Shown here piece by piece: positions 1-10,518 of a stretch of DNA of 64,000 nucleotides. The notes under the pieces were generated by a model. The model saw nothing but the letters and a program-made list of their open reading frames with translations, had not been told where the DNA came from and did not search any database. The DNA is from an uncultured bacterium. GTDB taxonomy: Bacteria; Krumholzibacteriota; Krumholzibacteriia; Krumholzibacteriales; Krumholzibacteriaceae. The translations under genes were made by a program, and so were the position numbers. Location of the stretch: the NCBI GenBank assembly GCA_963786935.1, contig CAWBAN010000001.1:128001-192000 (forward strand). Direction: 5' to 3'. Position 1 is the stretch's first letter. Every line of letters begins with the position of its first letter.

Positions 1-270
1 GTTATCAACGCGCACGGGCACCGCAAGGGAGCCTTCAAGGCGGAAACCCGCGAGAAGATCATCGGCTCGGCGAGCGTCGGCACGACCGCGGGGCTCGAGA
101 TCATCGAGGAGGTGCCGCACGGCATCCCCGACCTGAGCGTCGAGGCGGCGATCGTCCTCATGGAGGACGAGGAGACCAACTTTATGCTGTTCAACAACGC
201 GGAATCGGGTAAACTGACCATCGTGTACCGGCGAGCCGACGGCAACTACGGGTTGCTCGAGAAGTTCTAG
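1..270 (+). CDS. hpf: Ribosome hibernation factor (long HPF / sigma-54 modulation S30EA), C-terminal part; 5'-truncated by window edge
   Basis: Frame 1 reads ...LSVEAAIVLMEDEETNFMLFNNAESGKLTIVYRRADGNYGLLEKF-stop (TAG 268-270). VYRRxDGNYGL is the S30EA C-terminal signature. Typical position upstream of hprK. Confidence 0.85.
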   Translation, partial: VINAHGHRKGAFKAETREKIIGSASVGTTAGLEIIEEVPHGIPDLSVEAAIVLMEDEETNFMLFNNAESGKLTIVYRRADGNYGLLEKF

Positions 271-291
271 GACCGTTCCGATTATCAGGCG

Positions 292-1278
292 GTGAGTATG
301 GAGGATACCCTTCGGTACGTGTACCCGGTCGACCAGTTCTACGAGGACTGCAGGGAGGAGTTCAAGCTCGAGGTGATGACGCCGGCGCTCACGAGCGCCC
401 TGCCCATCACGGTGCCCGACGTACACCGGCCCGCGTTCGCCCTTACCGGCTTCATGGAGTTCTTCCTCCATGAGCGGATCCAGCTCATCGGCGAGACCGA
501 GCTGGTCTACCTCTCGTCCCTCAATCCGGGGCAGCAGCGCGACGCCGTCGCGCGCCTGTTCTCGAAGCCCCTCTGCTGCATCATCGTGACGAAGGGGCTC
601 GAGCCGGTGCCCGACCTCGTGCCGCTCGCGACGGAGCACGGCGTGCCCGTTCTCCGCACGGCGCTCCCGACGACGCCGTTCCTCCACATGCTCACCGATC
701 ACCTCGAGGACGTGTTCGCGCCGCGCATGTCCGTGCACGCCTCGCTTGTCGACGTGTACGGCGTCGGGCTCCTCTTCTCGGGGCAGAGCGGAATCGGCAA
801 GAGCGAAATCGCCCTCGATCTCGTCGAGCGCGGTCACCGGCTCGTCGCCGACGACGTCGTCGAGATCATCAGGCGCGGCAACGTGCTCATCGGGAAGGGC
901 TCCGAGCACCTGCGGCACTACATGGAGATCCGCGGCATCGGGATCATCAACGTCATGGACATATTCGGCATCCGCGCGGTGCGCGTCCAGAAGCGCATCG
1001 AGGTCGAGGTGCGCCTCGAGGTCTGGGATCCGAAAAAGGACTGGGACCGGCTCGGTCTCGACGAGAAGTACGTCGACATGCTCGGCACGAAGATCCGCCA
1101 GGTCATCATCCCGATCTATCCGGGCAAGAACATCACGGTCATCGCGGAGAGCATTTCCCTCAACCACATGCTCAAGGTGTACGGGATCGACGCCGCGAAA
1201 CGATTCAATAAACAGCTCATCGACATGATGGAGAGCGATCGCAAAACGAGGCGATACCTCAAGTACGACACGGAATGA
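292..1278 (+). CDS. hprK: HPr(Ser) kinase/phosphorylase
   Basis: HASLVDVYGVGLLFSGQSGIGKSE (Walker A), LVERGHRLVADD, MEIRGIGII, PGKNI motifs. Confidence 0.97.
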   Translation: MSMEDTLRYVYPVDQFYEDCREEFKLEVMTPALTSALPITVPDVHRPAFALTGFMEFFLHERIQLIGETELVYLSSLNPGQQRDAVARLFSKPLCCIIVTKGLEPVPDLVPLATEHGVPVLRTALPTTPFLHMLTDHLEDVFAPRMSVHASLVDVYGVGLLFSGQSGIGKSEIALDLVERGHRLVADDVVEIIRRGNVLIGKGSEHLRHYMEIRGIGIINVMDIFGIRAVRVQKRIEVEVRLEVWDPKKDWDRLGLDEKYVDMLGTKIRQVIIPIYPGKNITVIAESISLNHMLKVYGIDAAKRFNKQLIDMMESDRKTRRYLKYDTE

Positions 1279-1682
1279 GCGACGAGAAACACACCGGCCG
1301 CATCGCGGGGATCGTCGTCACGCACGGGAAGCTCGCCGAGGAGCTCGTTCGAACGGCGGAGCTCATCGTCGGGCACATCGACGATCTGCACGCCGTCTCG
1401 GGATCCGATCTGTGCGACGAGAGCGTCATCGGGACGATCCGGGGGATCCTCGCGCGGCGCGAGGACGCCCGCGTCGTCGTCTTCGTCGACTACTTCGGCG
1501 GCTCCTGCTGCATCAACAGCGTCCGCGCGGTCGAAGGGGAAACGGGAATCAAGGTCGTGAGCGGCGTCAACCTCCCCGTGCTCCTCGCCTTCGCGACGAA
1601 GCGGGGAACGCTGCCGTTCGACGAGATGGTCGATCATCTCATCCGGCGGGGCCGCGAGAGCCTCAAGGTGATCGACCTCTAA
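1275..1682 (+). CDS. PTS mannose/fructose/sorbose-family EIIA component
   Basis: IVVTHG (phospho-His), VDxxGGS, VVSGVNLPVL motifs. ATGA overlap with hprK. Confidence 0.9.
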   Translation: MSDEKHTGRIAGIVVTHGKLAEELVRTAELIVGHIDDLHAVSGSDLCDESVIGTIRGILARREDARVVVFVDYFGGSCCINSVRAVEGETGIKVVSGVNLPVLLAFATKRGTLPFDEMVDHLIRRGRESLKVIDL

Positions 1683-1739
1683 CGCGGCGCGCGGCTGCCT
1701 CGGGCGCGCCGGGAACCGTCTCGGGGGAGCGGAGTCCGC

Positions 1740-2213
1740 ATGATCGTGCTGTTCAGAGTCGACGATCGCCTCATCCACGGGCAGGTCGTTCTCGGGTGGG
1801 GCTCGGTCCTCGAGCCCGACCGCATCATCCTCGCCGATGACGGCGTCGCCGCGAACCAATGGGAGCGCGAGCTCTACGCCTCGGCGGCCCCCCCCGAAAT
1901 CAAGGTCTCGGTTCTCACCCTCACCGAAGCGGCCGTCCAGCTCAAAGCCGGCGTCTTCGAGGGGGAGAAGGTGATCCTCCTCGTGAAGCACCCGCGGAAC
2001 GTCCTGTCCCTCATGGACCTCGGGCTTCCGGTGAACGAGGTCAACGTCGGCGGTATCCATTACCGCGAGGGGCGGGAGAAGGTGATCGAGAACGTGTATC
2101 TCGACGCGGAGGAGCGGGGCGTCATGCGCGAGCTCGTGAAGCGCGGGGTGACGCTCGACGGGAGGGCCGTGCCGTCGAGCAAGCCGGTGACGCTCAACGC
2201 CCGGGTCGTATAA
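1740..2213 (+). CDS. PTS mannose/sorbose-family EIIB component
   Basis: RVDDRLIHGQV N-terminal signature with phospho-His; VNVGG motif. Confidence 0.93.
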   Translation: MIVLFRVDDRLIHGQVVLGWGSVLEPDRIILADDGVAANQWERELYASAAPPEIKVSVLTLTEAAVQLKAGVFEGEKVILLVKHPRNVLSLMDLGLPVNEVNVGGIHYREGREKVIENVYLDAEERGVMRELVKRGVTLDGRAVPSSKPVTLNARVV

Positions 2214-2232
2214 AAGGAGCGCCTGAACGACG

Positions 2233-2931
2233 ATGAATCCCGTTCTCTCCGCATCGATCCTCGGCGGGGTGCTCGCTTCCGACAACCGCTCGTCGCTGCG
2301 TCTCATGATATCCCAGCCCGTGTGCGGCGGATTCCTCACGGGGCTCGCGCTCGGGAGCCCCGGCGAAGGACTGCTCGCCGGGGGGCTCCTCCAGATGATG
2401 TTTCTCGGCCTCGTGCCGGTGCGCGGCCACGGGACGCTCGATCTCGCGCTCGGCGGCGTGACGGCATCGTCGGTCTTCATTCTCGCCATGCGCTCGGCGA
2501 GCCTCGATCCCGCGGCGCGGGGGCTCGTGCTCTGCCTCTCGCTCGCCGCGGCCCTCGGAATCGCCGCTGCCGGGAGGGCGGGGTACCGCCTCTGGGAGCG
2601 CGGTTCGCACGTCTTCTCCGACGCGGCCCTCCGCCTCGCCTCGAAGGGGCATTTCGGGCTCGCCGCCGCGGTCCATTTCTCGACGGTTCTCGCGCATTTC
2701 GCGGCCGGCTTCGCCGTCACGGCCGTCGCGGCGGCCGGTCTCGCGCCGGCGGTCGCGCGGATCGCCGCGGCGCTGCAAGGACGGTGGGCCGAGCCGCTCT
2801 CGTCGCTGCCCCTGCTGCTCCCCTTCATCGGAGCGGGCTCGCTGCTCGCGCTCAATCGGGGGAGGGTGCGGGGATTCATGTTTCTGGCCGGATTCTGCAC
2901 CGTGATGCTGGTGCTGCTGTTCAGGAGCTGA
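2233..2931 (+). CDS. PTS mannose-family EIIC-like membrane component (divergent)
   Basis: Hydrophobic; SQPVCGGFLTGLALGSPGEGLLAGGLLQMMFLG resembles the EIIC-man N-terminus; lies between IIB and IID. Confidence 0.75.
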   Translation: MNPVLSASILGGVLASDNRSSLRLMISQPVCGGFLTGLALGSPGEGLLAGGLLQMMFLGLVPVRGHGTLDLALGGVTASSVFILAMRSASLDPAARGLVLCLSLAAALGIAAAGRAGYRLWERGSHVFSDAALRLASKGHFGLAAAVHFSTVLAHFAAGFAVTAVAAAGLAPAVARIAAALQGRWAEPLSSLPLLLPFIGAGSLLALNRGRVRGFMFLAGFCTVMLVLLFRS

Positions 2932-2932
2932 T

Positions 2933-3766
2933 ATGGAGCAGGATCGTACGCGAGAAGGCATCTGGAGCGAATCGGAAGGCGCCTCCCCCGCGCGGGGCCC
3001 GCGGCCCGGCGCGTTCCTGCGCGAGCACGGAAACGCCCTCTGGCGGCTCTTCTTCATCCAGAGCTCGCGCAACGAGCGGACGCTGGACGGGCTCGGCTTC
3101 TTTTCCATCGTCGCGCCGTTCGTCACGCGGTGCGCCCGGCCGGGCGAGGACGCGAAGGCGCTCGCGCGGCGCCATCTCGGCTATTTCAACGCGGGGCTCT
3201 ACCTCTCGTCCGTGGTCGCCGGGGTCGTCGTGAACCTCGAGCGCAGGCGCGCCCGGGGGGAGCCGATCCCCGTCGAGCGGATCGAGGCCGTCAAGGCGGC
3301 GCTGTCGTCGGTGCTCGCCGCCCGGGCCAACTATTTTTTCGACGCGCTGCTCGTCCCCCTCGGATTGACAATCGCGAGCATTTCTGCTATGTATGGCTCG
3401 TACGCCGGACTGATTGCCTTCCTTGCGCTGTACAATGTTTATCACTTCCAATCCCGGATTGGCGGATATTGCAAAGGGGCCGAGTTGGGTGAGGGTGTGG
3501 GGGGGGCGTTCGTCGCCCGGCTCTACCGGGAGGAGCGGGCCGTCGGCGGCGTGGCGGCCTACGCGGCGGGGCTGTTCACGGCGCTCGCGTGCGTGAAGGC
3601 CCACGGCGCGGGAGGGGCCGGCTTCATCGCGTGGGGGGCCGTGGCGTTCGCCGCCTCGGCCGTTCTCGCGAGGAGAATATCGATCGTCCGGACCGCCGCC
3701 ATCCTGTTCGCCGCGACGGTCATCTATCTGGTCGTGTACCCGTACGTGGCCGCGCGGTTGCCCTGA
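2933..3766 (+). CDS. PTS mannose-family EIID-like component (divergent)
   Basis: RLFFIQSSRNERTLDGLGF and RRHLGYFNA align with EIID QxSWNYERMQ / RHLEFFNT; hydrophobic C-terminus. Confidence 0.75.
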   Translation: MEQDRTREGIWSESEGASPARGPRPGAFLREHGNALWRLFFIQSSRNERTLDGLGFFSIVAPFVTRCARPGEDAKALARRHLGYFNAGLYLSSVVAGVVVNLERRRARGEPIPVERIEAVKAALSSVLAARANYFFDALLVPLGLTIASISAMYGSYAGLIAFLALYNVYHFQSRIGGYCKGAELGEGVGGAFVARLYREERAVGGVAAYAAGLFTALACVKAHGAGGAGFIAWGAVAFAASAVLARRISIVRTAAILFAATVIYLVVYPYVAARLP

Positions 3767-3798
3767 ACGCCGGGCGCGTCGGACGGGAGAGCCGCACG

Positions 3799-4071
3799 AT
3801 GGTCACGGGAAGCGCGAAGGTCAGGAACAAGAACGGCATCCATTTGCGGCTCGCCGGCGAGCTCGTCAAGGCGGCCGCGAAGTTCCATTCGCACGTCACC
3901 GTCTCGAAGGACGGCCAGGAAGTGGACGCCAAAAGCATTCTCGGCGTCGCCGGGCTCGGGGCCGAGAACGGCGCGGAGCTCGTGTTCAACGCCGACGGCG
4001 AGGACGAGCAGGAGGCGATCGCCTTCCTCGTCGACCTCGTCGACAACCAGTTCGCCCGGGAGACCAACTGA
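3799..4071 (+). CDS. ptsH: Phosphocarrier protein HPr
   Basis: ATG at 3799. NKNGIHLRLA (His15 site) and VDAKSILGV (Ser46 site). Confidence 0.93.
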   Translation: MVTGSAKVRNKNGIHLRLAGELVKAAAKFHSHVTVSKDGQEVDAKSILGVAGLGAENGAELVFNADGEDEQEAIAFLVDLVDNQFARETN

Positions 4072-5860
4072 TGGACGACGCGAAAGCCGATCCCCGAGAG
4101 ATGATCCTCAGCGGGATTCCCGCGTCCCCGGGCATCGCCTTCGGCGAGGCGTTCGTCGTCAACGTCGAGGATCTGCCCGTCGACGACGAGCGCATCCCGG
4201 CCGGCCGCGTCGACGCCGAGATCGAGCGGTACCGCGAGGCGCTCGCGAAAACGGAGAAGGAGCTGCAGAAGCTCGTCAGCTCGCTCGAGGAGGAGATCGG
4301 CGAAGAGCACGGCAAGATCCTCGATTCGCACCGGATGATTCTCAAGGACGAGTTCGTCCGCAGCGAAACGATCAAGGTGATCAAGGAGCAGAAGGTGAAC
4401 GCGGCGTACGCGCTGACCCTCGTGCTCGACAAGGTGCTCGCGACCTTCTCCAACATCAAGGACGAATACCTCAAGGAGCGCGGCGAGGACATCCGCGACG
4501 TGCGCCGGCGCATCATCCGCAATCTCCTCGGGCAGAAGGCCGAGGGGATCACGAATCTGCGGAAGAAAGCGATCGTCGTCGCGAAGAGCCTCACCCCCTC
4601 CGATACGGCGGGATTCAACAAGAAATACGTGCTCGGATGCGTCACCGACGCGGGGGGAGCACGTCCCACGCCGCGATCCTCGCGCGCTCGCTCGGCATCC
4701 CCGCCGTCGTCGGGCTCAACGATTTCAGCAGGCACGTGAAGCCGTACGACGAGATTATCGTCGACGGGATCACGGGGCACGTCATTCTCCGCCCGACCGC
4801 CGAGACGGTGAAGACCTACCGCGAGGCCCAGGTGCGGTACCGCGATCTCGAAAAGGAGCTCCTCACGCTCCGCGACTATCCCGCGGTGACCCTCGACGGG
4901 CACCAGATCGAGCTCGCGGCGAACATCGAGATCCCCGACGAGGTCGACGACGCCCTCGCGCACGGCGCGCGCGGCATCGGGCTCTTCCGCACCGAGTATT
5001 TCTTCATCACGAGGAACACGCTCCCGAGCGAGGAGGAGCAGTACCGCTACTACGCGGGGGTCGTGAAGCGCATGCCCGCGGATCCCGTCATCATCCGGAC
5101 GCTCGACGTCGGGGGCGACAAGATCGGGCGATGGGTCGGCGACGTCACCGAGGCGAATCCGTTCATGGGCTGGCGCGGGGTGCGGTTCACGCTCGCGCGC
5201 AAGGATATCTTCAAGACGCAGCTCCGCGCGATCTTCCGGGCCGCCGCGCACGGCGACGTCCGGGTCATGTTCCCGATGGTCTCCGTGCTCGACGAGGTGC
5301 TCCTCGCCAAGGAGATCTGCGAGGAGGTCAAGGAAGACCTCAAGCGGCAGCGCTACCAGATCGGCGAGAAGGTGCAGATCGGCGTCATGATCGAGACCCC
5401 GTCGGCCGTCGCCATCGCGGACATCCTCGCCCGCGAGGTGGACTTCTTCAGCATCGGGACGAACGACCTCATCCAGTACACGCTCGCGGTCGACCGGGGC
5501 AACGCGCGGATCTCGTACCTGTACGATCCGCTCCACCCGAGCATCCTGCGGCTCCTGCGCGACACGGTCGTGGCGGCGCACAAGAACAAGATCTGGGTCG
5601 GCATCTGCGGCGAGATGCCCGGGCATCTTCATGGCGCGCTCCTGCTCCTCGGGCTCGGCCTCGACGAGTTCAGCGCCGGCGCGTACCTCATTCCCACCGT
5701 CAAGAAGATCATCCGGTCGGTCACGTTCGACGAGACGCGGTCCCTCGTCCGCAAGGCGCTCACGATGGGAACGGCGCGGGAGGTCCGCGAGCTGATCGAT
5801 CACTTCATCCGCGAGAAACGCCCCGAGCTCAAGGAATTCACCCCGGAGGCCGGCTCATGA
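4071..5860 (+). CDS. ptsI: PEP-protein phosphotransferase (Enzyme I); one apparent frameshift at the G6 run 4652-4657
   Basis: GIPASPGIAFG N-terminus in ORF 4071-4739. TSHAAILARSLGIP, GIGLFRTE, FFSIGTNDL and GICGEM in ORF 4637-5860. Adding one G restores ...DAGGSTSH... Confidence 0.93.
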
Positions 5861-6933
5861 GCCAGGAGGATTTGACGAGACATTACCGCGTCGACGCGGG
5901 CAAGATGCTCGATCTCGCGCTGGCGCTGCCCGACCACGTGGAGGAGGCATGGCGGATGATGCGGTCTTTCAAGGCCGCCCCGCCGAAGCGAAAGGGCCCC
6001 GTCATCCTCTGCGGGATGGGAGGATCGGCGATCGGCGGGAGGCTGCTGCTCGACCTGATCCGTTCGGAAGCCGGCACGCCGATCGTTCTCGAATCGGGCT
6101 ACACGCTCCCCGCGTACGCCGATTCGACGACTCCCGTCGTATGCATCAGCTACAGCGGCAACACCGAGGAAACCCTGAGCTGCTTCCAGAACGCCCTCAT
6201 GCGCTCGTGCCCGGCGGTCGTCATCACCTCGGGAGGCGAGCTCGCCCGCGAGGCCGACGCGGCCGGCGTGCCCGTGATCCGCGTTCCCGCCGGGATGCCG
6301 CCCCGCGCGGCGCTCGGGTATCTTTTCACGCCGCTCCTGGCGATCGTTTCGAAATGGGGCGTGTGCCGGATCGCCGACGAGGATGTCGACACGGCGGTGC
6401 GCAAGAGCCGCAAGCTCGCCGAGAAATATTCGCTCGCCGGGGATCCCGTCGAGTGCCGTCCCCTCCAGCTCGCGAAGCGGCTCTACGGCAAAACGCCGAT
6501 GGTGTACGGCGGAAACGGGCTCCTCCATTCGGCGTCGTACCGGTGGAAGTGCCAGTTCAACGAGAACTCGAAGAGCATGGCGTTCGCGAACTATTTCCCC
6601 GAGCTCGGACACAACGAGATCATGGGCTGGGAATGTCCCGAGCGGCTCCGGAGCGATTTCTTCCTCATCATGCTCCGGGACGTCGAGGATCACGCGCGCG
6701 TCCAGCGGGGAATGGAGGCGGCGTACCGGATGCTCGAGCCGCTCGGCGGCGGCGCGGTTCTCATCGAGAGCGAGGGGGACCGGGGGCGCGAGGGGCGCCT
6801 CGCGCGTCTCCTCTCCATCGTGCTCCTCGGCGATCTGACGAGCATCTATCTCGCCGTCGAGTACGGGAAGGACCCGACGCCCATCGAGAACATCGATCGA
6901 ATCAAGGAAGAGCTCACCACGGAGGATGCATGA
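5857..6933 (+). CDS. Bifunctional phosphoglucose/phosphomannose isomerase (SIS-type PGI/PMI)
   Basis: ATG 5857 overlaps the ptsI stop. GMGGSAIGG, SYSGNTEET, PRAALGY, RWKCQFNENSK, PELGHNE motifs. Confidence 0.9.
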   Translation: MSQEDLTRHYRVDAGKMLDLALALPDHVEEAWRMMRSFKAAPPKRKGPVILCGMGGSAIGGRLLLDLIRSEAGTPIVLESGYTLPAYADSTTPVVCISYSGNTEETLSCFQNALMRSCPAVVITSGGELAREADAAGVPVIRVPAGMPPRAALGYLFTPLLAIVSKWGVCRIADEDVDTAVRKSRKLAEKYSLAGDPVECRPLQLAKRLYGKTPMVYGGNGLLHSASYRWKCQFNENSKSMAFANYFPELGHNEIMGWECPERLRSDFFLIMLRDVEDHARVQRGMEAAYRMLEPLGGGAVLIESEGDRGREGRLARLLSIVLLGDLTSIYLAVEYGKDPTPIENIDRIKEELTTEDA

Positions 6934-7904
6934 AGGCGATCATACCGGTCGCGGGAATCGGGAAACGGCTGCGGCCGCATACGCTCAACATACCGAAGGC
7001 GCTCCTCAACGTCGCCGGGAAGCCGATTCTCGGCCACATCGTCGACAGCCTGCTCGGCATGGGAGTCAAGGATCTCATCCCGATCGTCGGCTACAAGGGG
7101 GACCTGATCCGCGAGTACCTCACGGCCACCTACCAGGTGCCGATCACCTTCGTCGAGCAGTCGGAGCAGAAGGGGATCGCGCACGCCGTCTCCCTCGCGC
7201 GCGAATACGCCGACGACAGCGAGCTCATCATCATTCTCGGCGACACGATCATCAAGACCGAGTATTCGCGCATCCCGAAGGCCGGCAGCTGCGTCCTCGG
7301 GGTCCGCGAGGTCGCCGATCCGACCCGCTTCGGCATCTGCGAGGTCGAGAAGGGGATCGTGCGGCGGATCGTCGAGAAACCCGAGCATCCGAAGGGGAAC
7401 CTCGCGCTCATCGGGCTCTACTACTTCAAGGATTCGCGGCCCCTCTTCAAGGCGTGCGCGGAGATCATCAAAAAGAACATCATGACGAAGGGGGAGTACC
7501 AGATCACCGACGCGCTCCAGCTCATGATCGACCGGGGGAGCGAATTCCATCCCTACCACATCGACGGCTGGTACGATTGCGGGAAGGTCGAGACGCTTCT
7601 CGAGACGAACCGCGTCCTCCTCGAGGACAGGAAGACCTCCGCCAAGCGCGACGGCTGCATCATCATCCCGCCCTGCTCGATCGACAAGGGGAGCACGATC
7701 GTGAACTCGATCATCGGTCCCTACGTATCGGTCGCGAAGGGGTGCGAAATCAAGAATTCCATCATCGAAAACTCGATCCTGAACGAGGAGTCGGTCATCG
7801 AGAACGTCATCCTCGAGGGATCGGTCGTCGGGGCCTTCGCCGAGGTCACCGGCCGCAAGGGAAGCGTCAACGTGAGCGACTATTCGCAGATCGATTACCG
7901 CTGA
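6930..7904 (+). CDS. Sugar-1-phosphate nucleotidyltransferase (glucose-1-P thymidylyltransferase-like, long form)
   Basis: MKAIIPVAGIGKRLRPHT..PKALL, VEKP, WYDCG motifs; C-terminal hexapeptide-repeat tail. Confidence 0.88.
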   Translation: MKAIIPVAGIGKRLRPHTLNIPKALLNVAGKPILGHIVDSLLGMGVKDLIPIVGYKGDLIREYLTATYQVPITFVEQSEQKGIAHAVSLAREYADDSELIIILGDTIIKTEYSRIPKAGSCVLGVREVADPTRFGICEVEKGIVRRIVEKPEHPKGNLALIGLYYFKDSRPLFKACAEIIKKNIMTKGEYQITDALQLMIDRGSEFHPYHIDGWYDCGKVETLLETNRVLLEDRKTSAKRDGCIIIPPCSIDKGSTIVNSIIGPYVSVAKGCEIKNSIIENSILNEESVIENVILEGSVVGAFAEVTGRKGSVNVSDYSQIDYR

Positions 7905-8002
7905 GGAGCCGCCCCGGCGTTTTCGCTTGATTTTTCAGGCCGCGCGAATGATTGTACTCTGTTACTAACGGGGTTACGCTTGTGATCGCAAGGAGTTGAT
8001 GT

Positions 8003-9149
8003 ATGGTCGAGAAGCATCTTTTCACTTCCGAATCCGTCACGGAGGGGCATCCGGACAAGGTCGCCGATCAGATATCGGACGCGGTCGTCGATTCGATTCT
8101 CTCCGAGGATCCGACGGGCCGCGTCGCGTGCGAATGCATCGTCGCGACGGGGCTCGTCTTCGTCGCCGGGCAGATCCACACGAACACCTATATCGACATC
8201 CCCTCGACGGTGCGGGGCGTCCTGAGCGACATCGGCTACAACGATCCGCATCTCGGTTTCGATTCGGAAACGGTCGCCGTGCTGAGCTCGATCGACGAGC
8301 AGTCGGGCGACATCGCGCTCGGCGTGGACCGGGGGGGCGCGGGGGATCAGGGGATGATGTTCGGCTTCGCCTGCACGCAGACCGACGTTCTTATGCCGCT
8401 GCCGATCGTCATCGCGCACGAGCTCGTCAAAAAGCTCTCCGAGGTCCGCAAGGCGGGCGTGCTCCCGTATCTCCGGCCGGACGGCAAGTCGCAGGTCACG
8501 ATCGAGTACGAGAATCACACGCCGAAACGGGTCGCACACGGTCCTCGTCTCGGCCCAGCACGAGGACGACGTCACGCTGGAAGAGATCCGCGCCGGCCTC
8601 ACGAAGGAGATCATCCGTCCCGTCGTGTCGGCGATGAAGATCGACGCGTCGGACTACCGGATCCTCGTCAATCCGACGGGGCGCTTCGTGAAGGGCGGCC
8701 CCGCCGCCGACACGGGGCTCACGGGGCGCAAGATCATCGTGGACACGTACGGCGGCTTCGCGAGCCACGGCGGCGGCTGCTTCTCGGGGAAGGATCCGAC
8801 GAAGGTGGACCGCTCCGCCTCGTACGCGGCGCGCCACGTCGCGAAGAACATCGTCGCGGCCGGCCTCGCCGACGAGTGCACCGTGCAGATCGCCTACGCG
8901 ATCGGCGTCGCGGAGCCGATATCGGTCATGATCGACACCGCGGGGCGGGGGAAGCTCACGGACGGGAAGCTCACGAAGATCGTCCGCGACGTCTTCGATC
9001 TCACGCCGCTCGGCATCATCGAGCGGCTCAAGCTCCGGCGGGGCATCTACCGGAAATCGGCCGCCTACGGGCACTTCGGCCGGACGGAGCCCGAGTTCAC
9101 CTGGGAAGCGCTCGACATGGTCGAGACCCTGAAATCGAGAGCGAAATAG
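8003..9149 (+). CDS. metK: S-adenosylmethionine synthetase; apparent +1 frameshift near 8534
   Basis: [23 protein letters not shown] and RPDGKSQVT in the first frame; [26 protein letters not shown] and AAYGHFG in the second frame. Confidence 0.95.
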
Positions 9150-9189
9150 CGCCGCGCCCATGGCGCCGCGCGCGGGAAAGGACGACGAG

Positions 9190-10446
9190 ATGCAGTACGA
9201 CTGCAAGGACTGAATCTGGCCGAGGCGGGGAAGAAGCGGATCGAGTGGGCGTGGGCGAATATGCCGGTGTGCAGGGCGATCAGGGCGCGCTTCGAGAAAG
9301 AGCGCCCGCTCAAGGGCGTCCGCATCGCGGCGTGCCTCCACGTGACCACCGAGACGGCGAATCTCGCGAGCGCGCTCAAGGCCGGGGGCGCCGAGGTGGC
9401 GCTCTGCGCCTCGAATCCCCTCAGCACGCAGGACGACGTCGTCGCTTCGCTCGTCGCGCACGAGAAGATCGCCACCTTCGCCGTGAAGGGGGAGGACGCC
9501 GAGCGCTACTACGGCCACATCAACGCGACGCTTGACAGCGAAGCCGACGATCACGATGGACGACGGCGCCGATCTCGTGAGCACGCTCCACACGAAGCGC
9601 ACGGAGCTCCTCGCTGGCGTGAAGGGCGGCACCGAAGAGACGACGACGGGCGTCATCCGGCTCCGCAGCATGGAGAAGAACGGCGTCCTCGACTATCCGA
9701 TCATCGCGATCAACGACGCCGAGACGAAGCATTTCTTCGACAACCGTTACGGCACCGGCCAGAGCACGATCGACGGCATCCTCCGGTCGACGAACGTGCT
9801 CTTCGCGGGCGCGCGGGTGGTCGTCCTCGGATACGGCTGGTGCGGGCGCGGCGTGGCGACGAGGGCGAAGGGGATGGGGGCGAACGTGATCGTGACCGAG
9901 ATCGATCCGCTCAAGGCGATCGAGGCGGTCATGGACGGCTTCACCGTCATGCCGGCCGACGAGGCGGCCGCGATCGGCGACGTCTTCGTCACCGTCACCG
10001 GCAACACCTCCGTCATCCGCAAGGAGCACTTCGAGAAGATGAAGGACGGCGCCGTCGTCGCGAACTCGGGGCACTTCAACGTCGAGATCGACATCCCCGC
10101 GCTCGAGAGCCTGGCCGTGGAGCGGCGGCCGACGCGCGAGAGCGTCATGCAGTACGTCCTCAAGGACGGTCGCACGATCAATCTTCTCGCCGAGGGGCGC
10201 CTCATCAATCTCGCCGCCGCCGAGGGGCACCCGGCGATGGTCATGGACATGAGCTTCGCCGATCAGCTCCTCTCGGTCGAATACCTCGTGAAGGGGAAGG
10301 CGAAGCTCGAGAAGAAGGTCTACGCCGTCCCGCGCGAGATCGACCGGACGGTCGCCGCGCTCAAGCTCGCGAGCATGGGCGTGAAGATCGACGAGCTCAC
10401 CGAGAAGCAGAAGCGCTACCTCGCGAGCTGGGAAGAGGGGACCTGA
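9190..10446 (+). CDS. ahcY: Adenosylhomocysteinase (short form); apparent frameshifts near 9210 and 9537-9540
   Basis: ATG 9190 ([20 protein letters not shown]), [56 protein letters not shown] motifs across three frames. Confidence 0.93.
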
Positions 10447-10491
10447 CAGCCCTGCTCCCGCGAAACGCGCTCGGGCGGCATCGAAACTCCG

Positions 10492-10518
10492 GCCCCGGCC
10501 CCTCGGCCGGGGTCTTTC
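10492..10518 (+). terminator. Probable intrinsic terminator between convergent ahcY and GWxTD-like gene
   Basis: CCCCGGCC-cctc-GGCCGGGG hairpin followed by a short T tract. Confidence 0.55.

Noticed and set aside
4640..4670. Programmed ribosomal frameshift in ptsI
   Set aside because: No precedent I know of for Enzyme I, and the same one-short homopolymer pattern recurs in unrelated genes.
7905..8002. SAM riboswitch upstream of metK
   Set aside because: The region is AT-rich and promoter-like, but I could not match the SAM-I, SAM-II/V or SMK cores. An Rfam scan would settle it.
9205..9220. Selenocysteine or readthrough TGA at the start of ahcY
   Set aside because: Homology resumes in a different frame after GAC TG, so it is a missing base and not an in-frame stop.
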